43,126 nucleotides of DNA from a virus (Duplodnaviria; Caudoviricetes): positions 1 through 43,126 of IMG/VR virus record IMGVR_UViG_3300045557_000066; one strand, written 5' to 3'. The position numbers and the translations under genes are program-made. Positions 9,419-19,060 of the stretch are shown here, piece by piece (the first letter of the stretch is position 1; the number at the start of each line of letters is the position of its first letter). The notes below the pieces were generated by a model. It was not told the origin of the DNA. It was given only the letters and a program-made list of their open reading frames with translations, and did not search any database.

Positions 9419-9676
9419 TTATCCATTGCTGTTTGCTGAAGCTAATAGTTTTTCTTTTTCCAACACTTCATCCGCCTTAATGGCAGCCTTTGTAAACGAG
9501 TTGTTCTTCCACCAGGCAACAATCGATGCGACCAGCACCGCTGCCAGTGAGCACACTTCATAGATGAAGCTTTCTTCAAGCTGCAGGGGCACTTTCCCAA
9601 AGGCGCTAAGAATCAGGTTGATAAGGGTCAGTGCAAGGAATATGGTCCTTGCCAGGGTATCTGCTTTTACTTTCAT
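9419..9676 (-). CDS. SPP1-family holin
   Basis: TLARTIFLALTLIN...AWWKNNSFT signature, two hydrophobic segments. Confidence 0.9.
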   Translation of the reverse strand: MKVKADTLARTIFLALTLINLILSAFGKVPLQLEESFIYEVCSLAAVLVASIVAWWKNNSFTKAAIKADEVLEKEKLLASANSNG

Positions 9677-9687
9677 GTTTTTCTCCT

Positions 9688-9984
9688 TTATTTGTGATGC
9701 AGTAACGTTTGGGTGATCAGCTCTCTTGTCTTTTTCATCTCTTCCACACCATTGTCATCAATCATGTGGTTTATAAGGCAAAGAAGTGCCATACACTGGG
9801 TTTCGTTTAATTTGGTCAGGCTCTCTATTTTTTCAAAATCCCGGCAGTCGTGCTCTTCCAGGACGGCAACCCGCCTTGTAAGGTTAAGGGCTGGGCGGAT
9901 CCATTTAAAAATGAGTCCGCCTGCGTTTCCCACAAGCACGATGCCGCCGCAGATGCCAAGGATGGTTTCTATGTTCATCGACAC
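9688..9984 (-). CDS. Lysis-cassette membrane protein (one N-terminal TM)
   Basis: Position between endolysin and holin; hydrophobic N-terminus. Confidence 0.65.
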   Translation of the reverse strand: MSMNIETILGICGGIVLVGNAGGLIFKWIRPALNLTRRVAVLEEHDCRDFEKIESLTKLNETQCMALLCLINHMIDDNGVEEMKKTRELITQTLLHHK

Positions 9985-9987
9985 CTC

Positions 9988-10923
9988 CTACAGTTTCCTG
10001 CAATATGCATGGACCGCTTTCCCTGAAGAATCTCGAAGCCTGATCCATCCACGGTATTTATACGCGTAGCCCCAGTCACCCCGGATTTTGGAAATGTGGA
10101 TTTCCTTGCCCTTGGGAATGACTTTTTTAACTTTGGTTTTGGTGGAATAACCTTCCCTGATATTCATGGCATAGAGGGTCACGTATTTGGTATTCACCGG
10201 TTCATACTTAGAAAGACCCTTTATGTGGACATGACCACCCTCTTTCAGCTTCGCCCAGCTATTCTTTTGGGAAACGACCGTAACCTTAGTCCCATGAGGG
10301 AGTCTTCGTATAAGCCCATAAGCCAGGCCAGGCCCTTTTCTCATGTTCAGGTATCCATCAACCGGCGAGTGGACAAAGTAAGTAAGAGAAGGTGCTGGTT
10401 TTGGTGCGTCGCCGGGAAGGGTTTTGGGCACGTGAATCCCCCAGGCTTTGGTGCACTCGGCCTTGAACAGACTCCACCGTGCTTTGACACGAGATGGCGT
10501 TTTGCTTGCAGGGTCGTTCACATACACATAGCCTCCGCTAAAGCCGTAAACCAATATGAAATGTCCGCCGCTTGTCCAGTTCCCTCTTTTCATGTGCCCT
10601 ATCGCCCAGCCACCGGCTTTGAGGTGTGCCAGGATCTTTTCCATATCGATGGTCTGAAAATGCTGGATGCCGTACTCAGTAAATATGGCACTAAAAAAGG
10701 CATGGTAGGTGCCATGCCCTATCGCCTTGTATCCGTGGTCCACAGACCATTCGCAGGCAGTAACGGGAGTTAACGGTTTTCCCTTTATGGTTTCAATCAC
10801 CATGGCCGCGCAGGTGGGGCCGCAGCCCGATCCTCCGATGGTGCTTTCCTCTTTTCCGGCTACTCTATATGGCAGCCCCGCCCATCTTTCATCCGTCTGG
10901 AAATACTCTATTGGTTTTCTCAT
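9988..10923 (-). CDS. Endolysin: peptidase C39-like cysteine peptidase plus two SH3b-like domains
   Basis: Q...GCGPTCAAM, GHFILV and NDP catalytic pattern; LNMRKGPG and MNIREGYS SH3b-like repeats. Confidence 0.85.
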   Translation of the reverse strand: MRKPIEYFQTDERWAGLPYRVAGKEESTIGGSGCGPTCAAMVIETIKGKPLTPVTACEWSVDHGYKAIGHGTYHAFFSAIFTEYGIQHFQTIDMEKILAHLKAGGWAIGHMKRGNWTSGGHFILVYGFSGGYVYVNDPASKTPSRVKARWSLFKAECTKAWGIHVPKTLPGDAPKPAPSLTYFVHSPVDGYLNMRKGPGLAYGLIRRLPHGTKVTVVSQKNSWAKLKEGGHVHIKGLSKYEPVNTKYVTLYAMNIREGYSTKTKVKKVIPKGKEIHISKIRGDWGYAYKYRGWIRLRDSSGKAVHAYCRKL

Positions 10924-11063
10924 ATTTTCTCCTCCTTTTTGTTCTCATCTTCATTTAGCTCCTGTTGAAGCAGACCAAGCACTTCAGCCATCCGTAGCAC
11001 ATCCTGCCCTCTGACGCTTATATCAGCAGCCAAGTTTAGCGCTCTTTGTACTTTTTCTTTCAT
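10920..11063 (-). CDS. 47-aa small phage protein (not in ORF track)
   Basis: MKEKVQRALNLAADISVRGQDVLRMAEVLGLLQQELNEDENKKEEKI*; fills the gap exactly and overlaps the endolysin start as ATGA. Confidence 0.65.
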   Translation of the reverse strand: MKEKVQRALNLAADISVRGQDVLRMAEVLGLLQQELNEDENKKEEKI

Positions 11064-13509
11064 GTTCCAGTACCTTAATCCTTTCATGTAATTCCTGCAT
11101 GGCTAGCACCATTGGGGAGAGAAGCTCCGTATAGCGAAGACCATAGATCACGTCTTCCTCATTCATCTCCGAATCAAATGGCCTCTTCTGGTCTTTTGGG
11201 CTTTTCGTGAACACTCCGGCATCCGGGATTCCAAAGGCATCCAAAGTCTTTATGACTTGCTGAGCAGAAAACCCGAAATGCAGTCTCTTCCCTTCTTTGT
11301 TTTTATATGAGATGGGGTTTAGGGCATTTATAAAATCCATCCCAAGTGGGACCTTTCGTATTTCTTCCTTATACCTTTCATCGGATGTGTTAATGGTGGC
11401 TGTAGCGCAGTAAATGGTCTTCCAACGATAAGATGGGCTTCCAAGGTATACGGTATTGTCTACAGTTGGTCGAAAGTAGTTTGCTGCAAGCCGGAACTGA
11501 TATCCTGCAGACGTTTCACCAAACTCAAAGGTGCCATCTCCAATCTTTATTTCCCCAACGTAGGCATCTGCGTAGAATTTGTAGGAGTTGGTTGAATCAT
11601 CATAGGTCATGTAGTCGTACGTACTTGTGGCATTCCCCACACCCAGATAAAGGTTCTTTATAAAAGCATTGTTAAACTCCTGGCCGTCAGCTCCGATGTT
11701 TTGCCCATACTGTGTCGATGGTAGAAAGGCAGATTCATCAAAGATGTATTTTTTGATCTTTGTGCCGCTTCCATTGTCAAAATACAAGTTCACTGCGCAC
11801 CCGTTTGCGGCATAGATCGTGCTGTATCCAATGCAATCCCAGTTGATGAGGCAGTTGTCGCTTAGAGACCTTACAATCAGGCTGGATTTCTGACCGCCGG
11901 TTGTGATTCCGCTTACATGGCCATTGTTTGGCAAGACAAGCCCACCAGTACTGCCCGATAGCATTACTGCGCCAGCACCTTTAGGGGTAAGCACCAAATC
12001 AATATCCGCATCAACTCCTGAAACAGATAGTATTCCGCTTTCGCCAGTTGGACATTGGATGACCACATCTTTGTTGAAGGCGGCATCAAGCCCCATCTCA
12101 AAGATGTTAGATAGCTCAGCAGCCTTTCCAAAGGCCACCCCAAGACCGCCTGCTAAAAAGTCCAAGACAACCGTGGCGGTTGCAACGGATACCATCTTCT
12201 GCGTGCTTTGAAGCTTGTCTGTCGCTGTTCCTCTCACCTGGTACGTCGCACCAGGGTCAGCAGCCCTAATCGCCGAAAGGTCGCAAGTGTATCCTGTTTG
12301 TGATGCGGTGCTAACCTCAGTCCAATTCACATCGGTCAGCTTCTTATACTCAAGCTTGTAGACTTTGCTGTTGTCGTTTCCAACAGAAGCCACGGTAGCC
12401 TGGAGGCGAATATTGATGAAAGAGCCATTTGGATCCGTTTGCCCTGAGGCGTTGCAACGCTCCCCATAAACCGTTACGTTAGGTGCAAAATACTGTTCGA
12501 CCACTATAGTTTCAGAGTAAGGAACTGAATTTCTGTCCCTTGTATCAGTCACTATTTCGGTGAGTTTCACCTGCCCAAAAAAAGGAATCGCATCGGATAT
12601 GAAACTGCTCCCAGTTTTCACGGCTCCGGTTGTGTACTCGGAGGATCCCGGATGCATGTATGTCTTATACGTTTTACTTGTGGCAGAATACTGGTTGGTT
12701 ACAGACACCCCGGAAAGAGAAATCTTGGAAATCCCTCTCACATAGATACCCGCCGAAAACGGGTCCGCTGCGTTGGTCATATCTTTTGAAAACTGTATGT
12801 CCGTTACAACCGGAATGATGGTGTCCGGTACATTAACAGTAAAGGTGCTTTCCACGTAGCCAAGACTAGTAGTACCGCTATAGGTTGTGACCCTGCATTT
12901 GGCGGAACCCGTTGCCGCATTTGGAAGCTGGTTTAGCCAGCTAAGTGGAATCGCATAGGCTTTGCTTGTTGCAATCCCGGTAAAGGAGGCTGTTTCAGCT
13001 CCAAGGATAAATTCCACCTTATGGGTGAATGATGAATCCGCACGGCTTATGGTGACTGTCACCTGATTTGTGCCATTTATAGCCACGGGGCTTGTAAGCG
13101 CGCTGATAGAAGATTTTCTTGGGATGGTATCAAGGGCAACCGTTTTTGATGCGGTGATGGTACTGATGCTTTTTCCGCCGTAGGTTCCGTTGAAATAGTA
13201 AGAGCCATAAAGGTCGCAGGACGGCATGGTGCCATCTGAATTGTGGTAAACCCTGATCGTTTGCTGACCGATTTGGGTGTCTTTTAGGCTAGTTGAACTG
13301 TAGCTTATGGCCGGAGCATCGTAGGTCTTTGAGGTTCCTTCGGCTTTTAGCACCTGGTCCGCTCTAGCGCCCACATAAAGGGAGGAATGCCGAAGGTAGG
13401 CGGTCATCACCACATCCGAGTAGTTTCCCGCCACATTTTCTGTAGAGCTCCAGGTGATATATAAATTTAGATTGACTCCGGTTGCGGAGATGAAATTGCC
13501 ACTTGCCAT
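11023..13509 (-). CDS. Tail fibre/receptor-binding protein with DUF859-like N-terminus and C-terminal intramolecular chaperone (peptidase S74)
   Basis: TSDERYKEEI autocleavage motif, HFGFSAQQV, LRYTELL coiled coil; LDTIPRKS in the N-terminal part. Confidence 0.85.
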   Translation of the reverse strand: MASGNFISATGVNLNLYITWSSTENVAGNYSDVVMTAYLRHSSLYVGARADQVLKAEGTSKTYDAPAISYSSTSLKDTQIGQQTIRVYHNSDGTMPSCDLYGSYYFNGTYGGKSISTITASKTVALDTIPRKSSISALTSPVAINGTNQVTVTISRADSSFTHKVEFILGAETASFTGIATSKAYAIPLSWLNQLPNAATGSAKCRVTTYSGTTSLGYVESTFTVNVPDTIIPVVTDIQFSKDMTNAADPFSAGIYVRGISKISLSGVSVTNQYSATSKTYKTYMHPGSSEYTTGAVKTGSSFISDAIPFFGQVKLTEIVTDTRDRNSVPYSETIVVEQYFAPNVTVYGERCNASGQTDPNGSFINIRLQATVASVGNDNSKVYKLEYKKLTDVNWTEVSTASQTGYTCDLSAIRAADPGATYQVRGTATDKLQSTQKMVSVATATVVLDFLAGGLGVAFGKAAELSNIFEMGLDAAFNKDVVIQCPTGESGILSVSGVDADIDLVLTPKGAGAVMLSGSTGGLVLPNNGHVSGITTGGQKSSLIVRSLSDNCLINWDCIGYSTIYAANGCAVNLYFDNGSGTKIKKYIFDESAFLPSTQYGQNIGADGQEFNNAFIKNLYLGVGNATSTYDYMTYDDSTNSYKFYADAYVGEIKIGDGTFEFGETSAGYQFRLAANYFRPTVDNTVYLGSPSYRWKTIYCATATINTSDERYKEEIRKVPLGMDFINALNPISYKNKEGKRLHFGFSAQQVIKTLDAFGIPDAGVFTKSPKDQKRPFDSEMNEEDVIYGLRYTELLSPMVLAMQELHERIKVLEHERKSTKSAKLGC

Positions 13510-13512
13510 AAT

Positions 13513-14946
13513 TTATCCTTTATGCACGAGAGAAAGATTATCTCCTCTCATTTCAAATGCGAACTTTCCTATTTGGAAAGACTTCTTTATTTCTCCCGTT
13601 TCAATGTATAGCTTGGAGTCCCCGGGGCTTCCTGTGGGGTTTCCAAACCAGGCCACTTCCGTTTCCACGCCGTCGATGGTTTCCACAAACGAGATCTTGG
13701 TGTTTGAAAGTCGCATTTTAAGATCCGAGCCGCTTTCTCCCATTTCGATAATGCCACCCACATACCGGATATACCTCTCCCTTTCTGCCAGTTCGTTTCC
13801 AAGGTCTGCGATCGATTTTACAAGTGCTTCCTTTAGTTCGTTTATGGCGATTTCCGCATCCGCTTCCTTTTTCCTGTTTGTGTCTGTAAGCGTATTTGTT
13901 TTTTGCCCCAGGGTCATCTTGGTTTTGGATGGATCCGTTAGGTCAATTTCTATGGCGGAAATCAGGTAGGTTTCAATAAGCCCATGCATAGACGAATGGA
14001 CCTCCACGTAGTCGCAGATGCCAAAACTTTCGATGTCTTCTCCTGCATATGAAAGATCCAAGGCGGAAAGTTCGATGGTGGCCTCAAGCATGCCGCCCAT
14101 GGAAGCCATATATGCTTGCCCTTTAATCAATAGGTCTTCCGGAGAAAGCGCATCATCAAATGTGGTGTCTCCCGGTGGCGCAAAGATCCACCCGTATTCA
14201 TTGACGAGCGCCAGGTCATAAAGCACCTCCGAGCCGTTTAGAGTTTTTAGGCTGATTCTCGTGTTTTTCTGGTTGCCGTTTTCGTCTGTCTCAAATGCAC
14301 CCTGGGGAATGCAGGCCGTATAGGTTTTTTCAGCCGAGACCTCCCTCGTTAGATTTAGGAGATTTTCGGAAAAGACGATTTTTTGCACGGCTGTTTTTGA
14401 ATAGTCCGGTATGAAGTCCAAGTAGTCCCCATCCGCTTCATGGCGTAGAAGAAATACGCCGCCTGCTTTTTCAAGAAGCTCATGAAGCAGCTCGTATGTG
14501 GTTTTGTAATCTGATGTAGCGATAACCACATCTGTGGCTACTGTCAAAGTCCCGGGCATTATCTTTTGGTGATCAAGCACTTTGACGTTGTGCTCCGATA
14601 GCAGCCTAGCAAAGACTTCATTCGCCCGCCCTTCATAGATACCAGGCAAAGCCAGGGTGTCATATAAATACGAGAGTTTTCCCTTGCAAAAGATGCTTCT
14701 TGTTTTTTCAAAGCTCATCTTGTCTTCAATGACCCTGCCACGAAAAATGACCTTGGCATCCGCAAGCACCGTAATCTCCGGGCGAAGTTTGCTGACCGCT
14801 TCCCCATTATTATGATCTGGTGGAAGCTCAAAAGTGAGTTCACCCGCCTTTCCTTCTTCAAGTCTTAGTCTTGGGTTAATCACGCAGTAGTCCGAAAGAC
14901 CACTAAGATGAAGAAGCGCATCCCCGGAATAAATCGCATATCTCAT
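13513..14946 (-). CDS. Tail tip/baseplate hub protein (Tal, prophage tail endopeptidase-like)
   Basis: Follows Dit; GELTFELPPDH, IFRGRV and F.ENLLN motifs. Confidence 0.8.
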   Translation of the reverse strand: MRYAIYSGDALLHLSGLSDYCVINPRLRLEEGKAGELTFELPPDHNNGEAVSKLRPEITVLADAKVIFRGRVIEDKMSFEKTRSIFCKGKLSYLYDTLALPGIYEGRANEVFARLLSEHNVKVLDHQKIMPGTLTVATDVVIATSDYKTTYELLHELLEKAGGVFLLRHEADGDYLDFIPDYSKTAVQKIVFSENLLNLTREVSAEKTYTACIPQGAFETDENGNQKNTRISLKTLNGSEVLYDLALVNEYGWIFAPPGDTTFDDALSPEDLLIKGQAYMASMGGMLEATIELSALDLSYAGEDIESFGICDYVEVHSSMHGLIETYLISAIEIDLTDPSKTKMTLGQKTNTLTDTNRKKEADAEIAINELKEALVKSIADLGNELAERERYIRYVGGIIEMGESGSDLKMRLSNTKISFVETIDGVETEVAWFGNPTGSPGDSKLYIETGEIKKSFQIGKFAFEMRGDNLSLVHKG

Positions 14947-15578
14947 AAGGAACCCTCCTGGTATCTGAAGTTCACAGTGCCCGTACCGGTAAGGATCAGC
15001 ATGTTGTCACCAAAGGTAATTGGGATAGTCGTCTTTAAATTGCTTACCGCGCCGTAGGAATAGGTGGTTTCATCTTTGGTGATGAGAAATGGGTTCGTTG
15101 TAGTGACAACGGGATAGGTGGTCATTCGGTCATTTGACAAAATGACCTCAAGGCTGCCCGTTACGTCAAAACTCACTTCCGTCACATCCCTTTTGTATTT
15201 AAATGGCTCGGAGTAAGCGGTGATAGTGATTTGGCTTATTGGATGTTGAACTTTCCCTTCCACTAGGAGCCGGCCTAAGTAGTAATAGCCTGGATCTTTA
15301 TCAAAGAAGATTTTCATCTTTTTCCCGGAGAGCAGGTTTTGGATTTCCGAAATCTTTTCTTCAGCCTGGGCCGGACTGCCAATGTATTTAAACGGCATCG
15401 TAATCTTTCGCTGCTCAAACCGAAGTTCGCCTAATGCCTCAGATAAATCCAATGCACCGTCACGGCCCGGGACTTCCAGATAGGAAAGCCTAGCCTTTGG
15501 CCTTTCTATTTCAGGGTTCCCTAGGATCATCCCAAGCTGCCTATATGAATGTAATTCGTCAAATGAAACGCCGTTCAT
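14943..15578 (-). CDS. Distal tail protein (Dit)
   Basis: EVPGRDGALD, YYLGR and PFKY motifs; directly after the tape measure gene. Confidence 0.85.
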   Translation of the reverse strand: MNGVSFDELHSYRQLGMILGNPEIERPKARLSYLEVPGRDGALDLSEALGELRFEQRKITMPFKYIGSPAQAEEKISEIQNLLSGKKMKIFFDKDPGYYYLGRLLVEGKVQHPISQITITAYSEPFKYKRDVTEVSFDVTGSLEVILSNDRMTTYPVVTTTNPFLITKDETTYSYGAVSNLKTTIPITFGDNMLILTGTGTVNFRYQEGSL

Positions 15579-15579
15579 C

Positions 15580-17613
15580 TTACCTCCTTTGATTTAGCTT
15601 CCCAAGGGCCTTGTTTAGGGGATAGGCAAGCTCTCCCACCACCGCTCCGGTATCCAAGACCACCTTGCCGTTTCCGCCTTCCTGCATAATCCTTAGAATT
15701 TCAAATAGCAACCTTTCCACCTCGCCGCTTCCTGTTTTTCTCATGGCATTGGCCATAAGAGTATCCAGCTTGCTAATGGGAAGTACTGCTTCCGCTCCCG
15801 CTTCGCCCACACCAATGATACTTGGCCGTTGGAAGATGCCGCCTTGCGCATACCAATCGATAGCAAGCTTTGGTACCTTTGGAGGCAGCAGCGAAAACTC
15901 ACCTTCTAAAGAGAAATGAGGCAGCTTTATTTTAGGCAAACTAATCTTAAGCCCCGAAAAGAAGCCTTTGATTTTATCCACCATGGATTTAGTAAAGTCC
16001 GCTGCTTCTTTGATGGGATCGATGATGACAGTTTTAATTCCCTTAAAAGCTGTTGTTGCGACAGTTTTAATGACACTAAATGCCGTTTTAAAAATGGCTC
16101 CGTATATTGCAAAAGTCACTTTGAAATACGTAGTGATTCCTGAAAATACGATCCTTATGATGTCCTTTATGACATTTACAGCCGAGCTAATAGTGCCTGT
16201 TACGACGTCCCATACCGTCTTTGCCACCTCTTTCACCTTGTCCCAGTGGTTAAAAAGAAATACACCGGCAGCAATTAGCCCTGCTATGATGCCAATCGCA
16301 ATTCCAACAGGGCCTGTAAGCACCGCAAGCGCGCCGCCTGCCGCAGCAACTGCTCCTGATACTGCCGAAAAGATTCCGGCAAGGGTGCTAATAACGGTGA
16401 TGATCTTTCCAATTACAAGTATGACGGGTCCAATGGCAGCAGTTATAAGGGCGAGCTTAATCACCATATCCTGCTGCCCCTTGGAAAGATTTGAAAACCA
16501 GTCCACAATGGGCGCGATGAATGCGATCAGCTTTTCAAGGATTGGAATAAGAAGCTGGCCAAAGGATATGGCAAGCTCCGAAGTCTTTTCCTTAAGCGTC
16601 CTTATCTTGTTTGTGGGGCTGTCCATAGTGCGTCCTAGGTCACCTTGGGCTTTTTGGGTCGCTTCCAAAATCGCCCCGTATCTTGCCTGGACTTTCTGCG
16701 ATTCGGTAAGCTCAGCACCTTGCTTTGCAATCCCATGTGTATAGGCGTAGGTTTTGACTGTGGTGTCGTTAACCAAAATGCCAAGAGCTTTGAGTGGCTC
16801 CGCTTCACCAGAAATACCGGATTTCAGTTTTTCAAATGCTTCTTCCGGCTTTAGATTGTAAAAGGAGGCCATGTCATAGGAAAGCTTAGTGAGCCCTTCC
16901 GACATGCCAAGAGACTCCTCTTCCGCAAGACCCATGGAGCTTATCATGGCGTTAAAAGTCGCCACGTTTTTACGGACCCCGTATTCATTTAGACCAAGGG
17001 AATCAGATAACTCCACCGACCAAGACCTTGCAGCGCCAGACATCTTTCCCATGGAAACTTCAAAGAGGTTTTCCGATTCCACAGCGTCCATGGCCATTTT
17101 TGTTGCCGCGGTCCCAACTCCAACAAGGGGCAGGCTGACACTGGTAGAAAGACCTCTGCCGACGCCACTTATCTTATCGCCGACTTCAGATAGCTTCTTG
17201 CTGGCGGTAGACAGATTTTGAGATAGCCCATACCAAGCGGAGCTTTTTAGCTTGAGATCCGAAGTTACTGCCTTAAGTTCTCCTTGCATTTTGGAAAGCT
17301 CCGCATTTGCAAAGTTGAGCTTGATTTTAAGGTTCTCCGTCGCCTTGGCATCGGCACCTTTGGTGTCCGAACTTTCCTTGTAGGCTGTACCAAGAGCCGC
17401 CACCTTTTCTTTTTGTAGCTCTATCTGTTTTGCCAGACTATCAGACTTTAGTTTCAGTCCTTCAGTGGAATTTCCAAATTCACCTAGCTTCGCCCCGGCT
17501 GCGGCAAATTCGCTTTGCACCACCTTGAGGCTTCTTTGGATTTTACTGACCCCTTCCTGAAAACCTCTGTCATCTAGACCCACCCGGGCAAGTACTGTGT
17601 TTCTGCCTGCCAT
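15580..17613 (-). CDS. Tail tape measure protein
   Basis: Coiled-coil N-terminus, Ala/Gly-rich hydrophobic middle, WYAQGGIF...GVGEAGAEAVLP C-terminal motif. Confidence 0.93.
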   Translation of the reverse strand: MAGRNTVLARVGLDDRGFQEGVSKIQRSLKVVQSEFAAAGAKLGEFGNSTEGLKLKSDSLAKQIELQKEKVAALGTAYKESSDTKGADAKATENLKIKLNFANAELSKMQGELKAVTSDLKLKSSAWYGLSQNLSTASKKLSEVGDKISGVGRGLSTSVSLPLVGVGTAATKMAMDAVESENLFEVSMGKMSGAARSWSVELSDSLGLNEYGVRKNVATFNAMISSMGLAEEESLGMSEGLTKLSYDMASFYNLKPEEAFEKLKSGISGEAEPLKALGILVNDTTVKTYAYTHGIAKQGAELTESQKVQARYGAILEATQKAQGDLGRTMDSPTNKIRTLKEKTSELAISFGQLLIPILEKLIAFIAPIVDWFSNLSKGQQDMVIKLALITAAIGPVILVIGKIITVISTLAGIFSAVSGAVAAAGGALAVLTGPVGIAIGIIAGLIAAGVFLFNHWDKVKEVAKTVWDVVTGTISSAVNVIKDIIRIVFSGITTYFKVTFAIYGAIFKTAFSVIKTVATTAFKGIKTVIIDPIKEAADFTKSMVDKIKGFFSGLKISLPKIKLPHFSLEGEFSLLPPKVPKLAIDWYAQGGIFQRPSIIGVGEAGAEAVLPISKLDTLMANAMRKTGSGEVERLLFEILRIMQEGGNGKVVLDTGAVVGELAYPLNKALGKLNQRR

Positions 17614-17623
17614 TTACTCCTCC

Positions 17624-18132
17624 TTAAAAAACAAGATCATCTATCGCAGGCTCTCCTGCATCGCCCTTTGTAGCGCTATGGACATCAAAAAGGCACTGCA
17701 GTTTTTTAGGTGTGCAGCGCCAAAAGGTGTCTTCATCCATTGATAAAAGGCAAGTTCCTAGATAATATAGCCACTCCCAGTCCCAGGAGGATGAACCTAA
17801 GCGGCTGTCACTTCCCCCGGGTCGTCATCCCCTTTTGGCATGGAAGAAGTCAGGGCATCGCTTAGGGCATTTGCCAGCATCTCCAAATCCTCAATGCCAA
17901 GCCCTTTTCCAACCTGCGCGAGTGAAATGCTTTCGTCTTCGCTTTTTAAAGCGGCATAAACAAACGCCCGGACCGCCTTTAGCTTCATGTTGGATAAAGC
18001 ATCAAAGGCAGCGTTCAAATCTCCATAGATTTCTTCAAGCTCGCAAAAGGTATTCATATCAAAGCGAAGGTTTCTTTCGCTTCCAAGGATATTCACCTTT
18101 ACGGTCTTGGTTTTAAGATCCATTCCTTTCAT
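17624..18132 (-). CDS. Tail assembly chaperone GT (programmed -1 frameshift product)
   Basis: Slippery G GGG GAA at 17812-17818; the -1 frame reads GSDSRLGSSSWDWEWLYYLGTCLLSMDEDTFWRCTPKKLQCLFDVH...LVF* and ends at the tape-measure RBS. Confidence 0.8.
17797..18132 (-). CDS. Tail assembly chaperone G
   Basis: LRFDMNTFCELEEIYG motif between major tail and tape measure genes; start MKGMD after RBS AAGGAGG. Confidence 0.85.
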   Translation of the reverse strand: MKGMDLKTKTVKVNILGSERNLRFDMNTFCELEEIYGDLNAAFDALSNMKLKAVRAFVYAALKSEDESISLAQVGKGLGIEDLEMLANALSDALTSSMPKGDDDPGEVTAA

Positions 18133-18142
18133 GTCATCCTCC

Positions 18143-18715
18143 TTATGCCGCAGGGACCGGTTCATCCGGAACATCCGTAAACCAAGCTGCTATGATTGCA
18201 GCGTCCACAAGCGGCTCGTCTTCATCGGCGATAAATCGGTAATTGCCGTCAAAATCTCTGCTGTAAAACGTGCCCTTTAACTTTGAGCTTTTCGGTTGAG
18301 GTTTTTCAGCCTCCGTATCGAATTCGTCACCTGCCAGTTCGAACTTACCCTTTAGAAGCCACACGTACCGGTACTTTCCGTTGTGCTTTTTGGACTTAAA
18401 GCCAAGGGCCAGGGTCGGCGCCAGGTCGTCCTTGCTTTCAATTAAGACTCCCTTCACCACCTTCGCACCCTGCAATTTTGCCCGACTTGTTAGAGACAAC
18501 TGGTTCAGCTCGATTTCAACTTCCACGCTGTCAAAGGATGCGATCACATCCTCCACCGAATCGTCCGAATAGATGTTTTCAGAGTTCACTTTGGGCGACA
18601 GCTTTGCAGACACCGCCCGCTCCAGTTTCACCGGTGTTTCATAGGTTGCGCCAAGGCTGTCATCGTCAGTCAGCAGCGCGATGTGGATATCTTTTAATCC
18701 AATTTGTCTTGCCAT
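18143..18715 (-). CDS. Major tail protein (phi13 family)
   Basis: IGLKDIHIA, YSDD and YRYVWLLKGKF motifs. Confidence 0.92.
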   Translation of the reverse strand: MARQIGLKDIHIALLTDDDSLGATYETPVKLERAVSAKLSPKVNSENIYSDDSVEDVIASFDSVEVEIELNQLSLTSRAKLQGAKVVKGVLIESKDDLAPTLALGFKSKKHNGKYRYVWLLKGKFELAGDEFDTEAEKPQPKSSKLKGTFYSRDFDGNYRFIADEDEPLVDAAIIAAWFTDVPDEPVPAA

Positions 18716-19060
18716 TTATTCTTCCTCCTTTTCCTGTAGATAGAAAAACCGGATTCCCTTGTGATATATCTTGGTATCCGGTTCATATAGGTCTTCTTCC
18801 GTTATTCTTTTAAATCCTGCTAATGTGAGCAGATACTTCACCTGGGATGCCAGGGCAGCGTAATCCGTCTTTGACCAGATATCCACTTGAATAAGATGGG
18901 CTGTCAGCGTCTCCTCATCGTCATCAAATTCCTCCCCTTCCTGCAGATATTCATGAAAGGTGATGTAAGTGTCACTGGTTCCTTCATACTTTTGAAAGGA
19001 GATGGGAACTGATAAGGAGCTTAAGGCAGTTAGGATTTTCTTGTTAATCAAAGGGTTCAA
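18716..19060 (-). CDS. Tail terminator/completion protein
   Basis: YITF, IQVDIWSK and DLYEPDTKIYHK motifs; position. Confidence 0.8.
   Translation of the reverse strand: MNPLINKKILTALSSLSVPISFQKYEGTSDTYITFHEYLQEGEEFDDDEETLTAHLIQVDIWSKTDYAALASQVKYLLTLAGFKRITEEDLYEPDTKIYHKGIRFFYLQEKEEE

Noticed and set aside
10096-10773. 225-aa plus-strand ORF and the many other short plus-strand ORFs
   Set aside because: Lie opposite well-supported minus-strand genes and lack protein-like motifs
11023-13509. Diversity-generating retroelement or shufflon acting on the tail fibre
   Set aside because: No reverse transcriptase, template repeat or inverted crossover repeats were seen
15968-16744. 258-aa plus-strand ORF
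   Set aside because: Antisense shadow of the tape measure gene; no RBS or recognisable motifs
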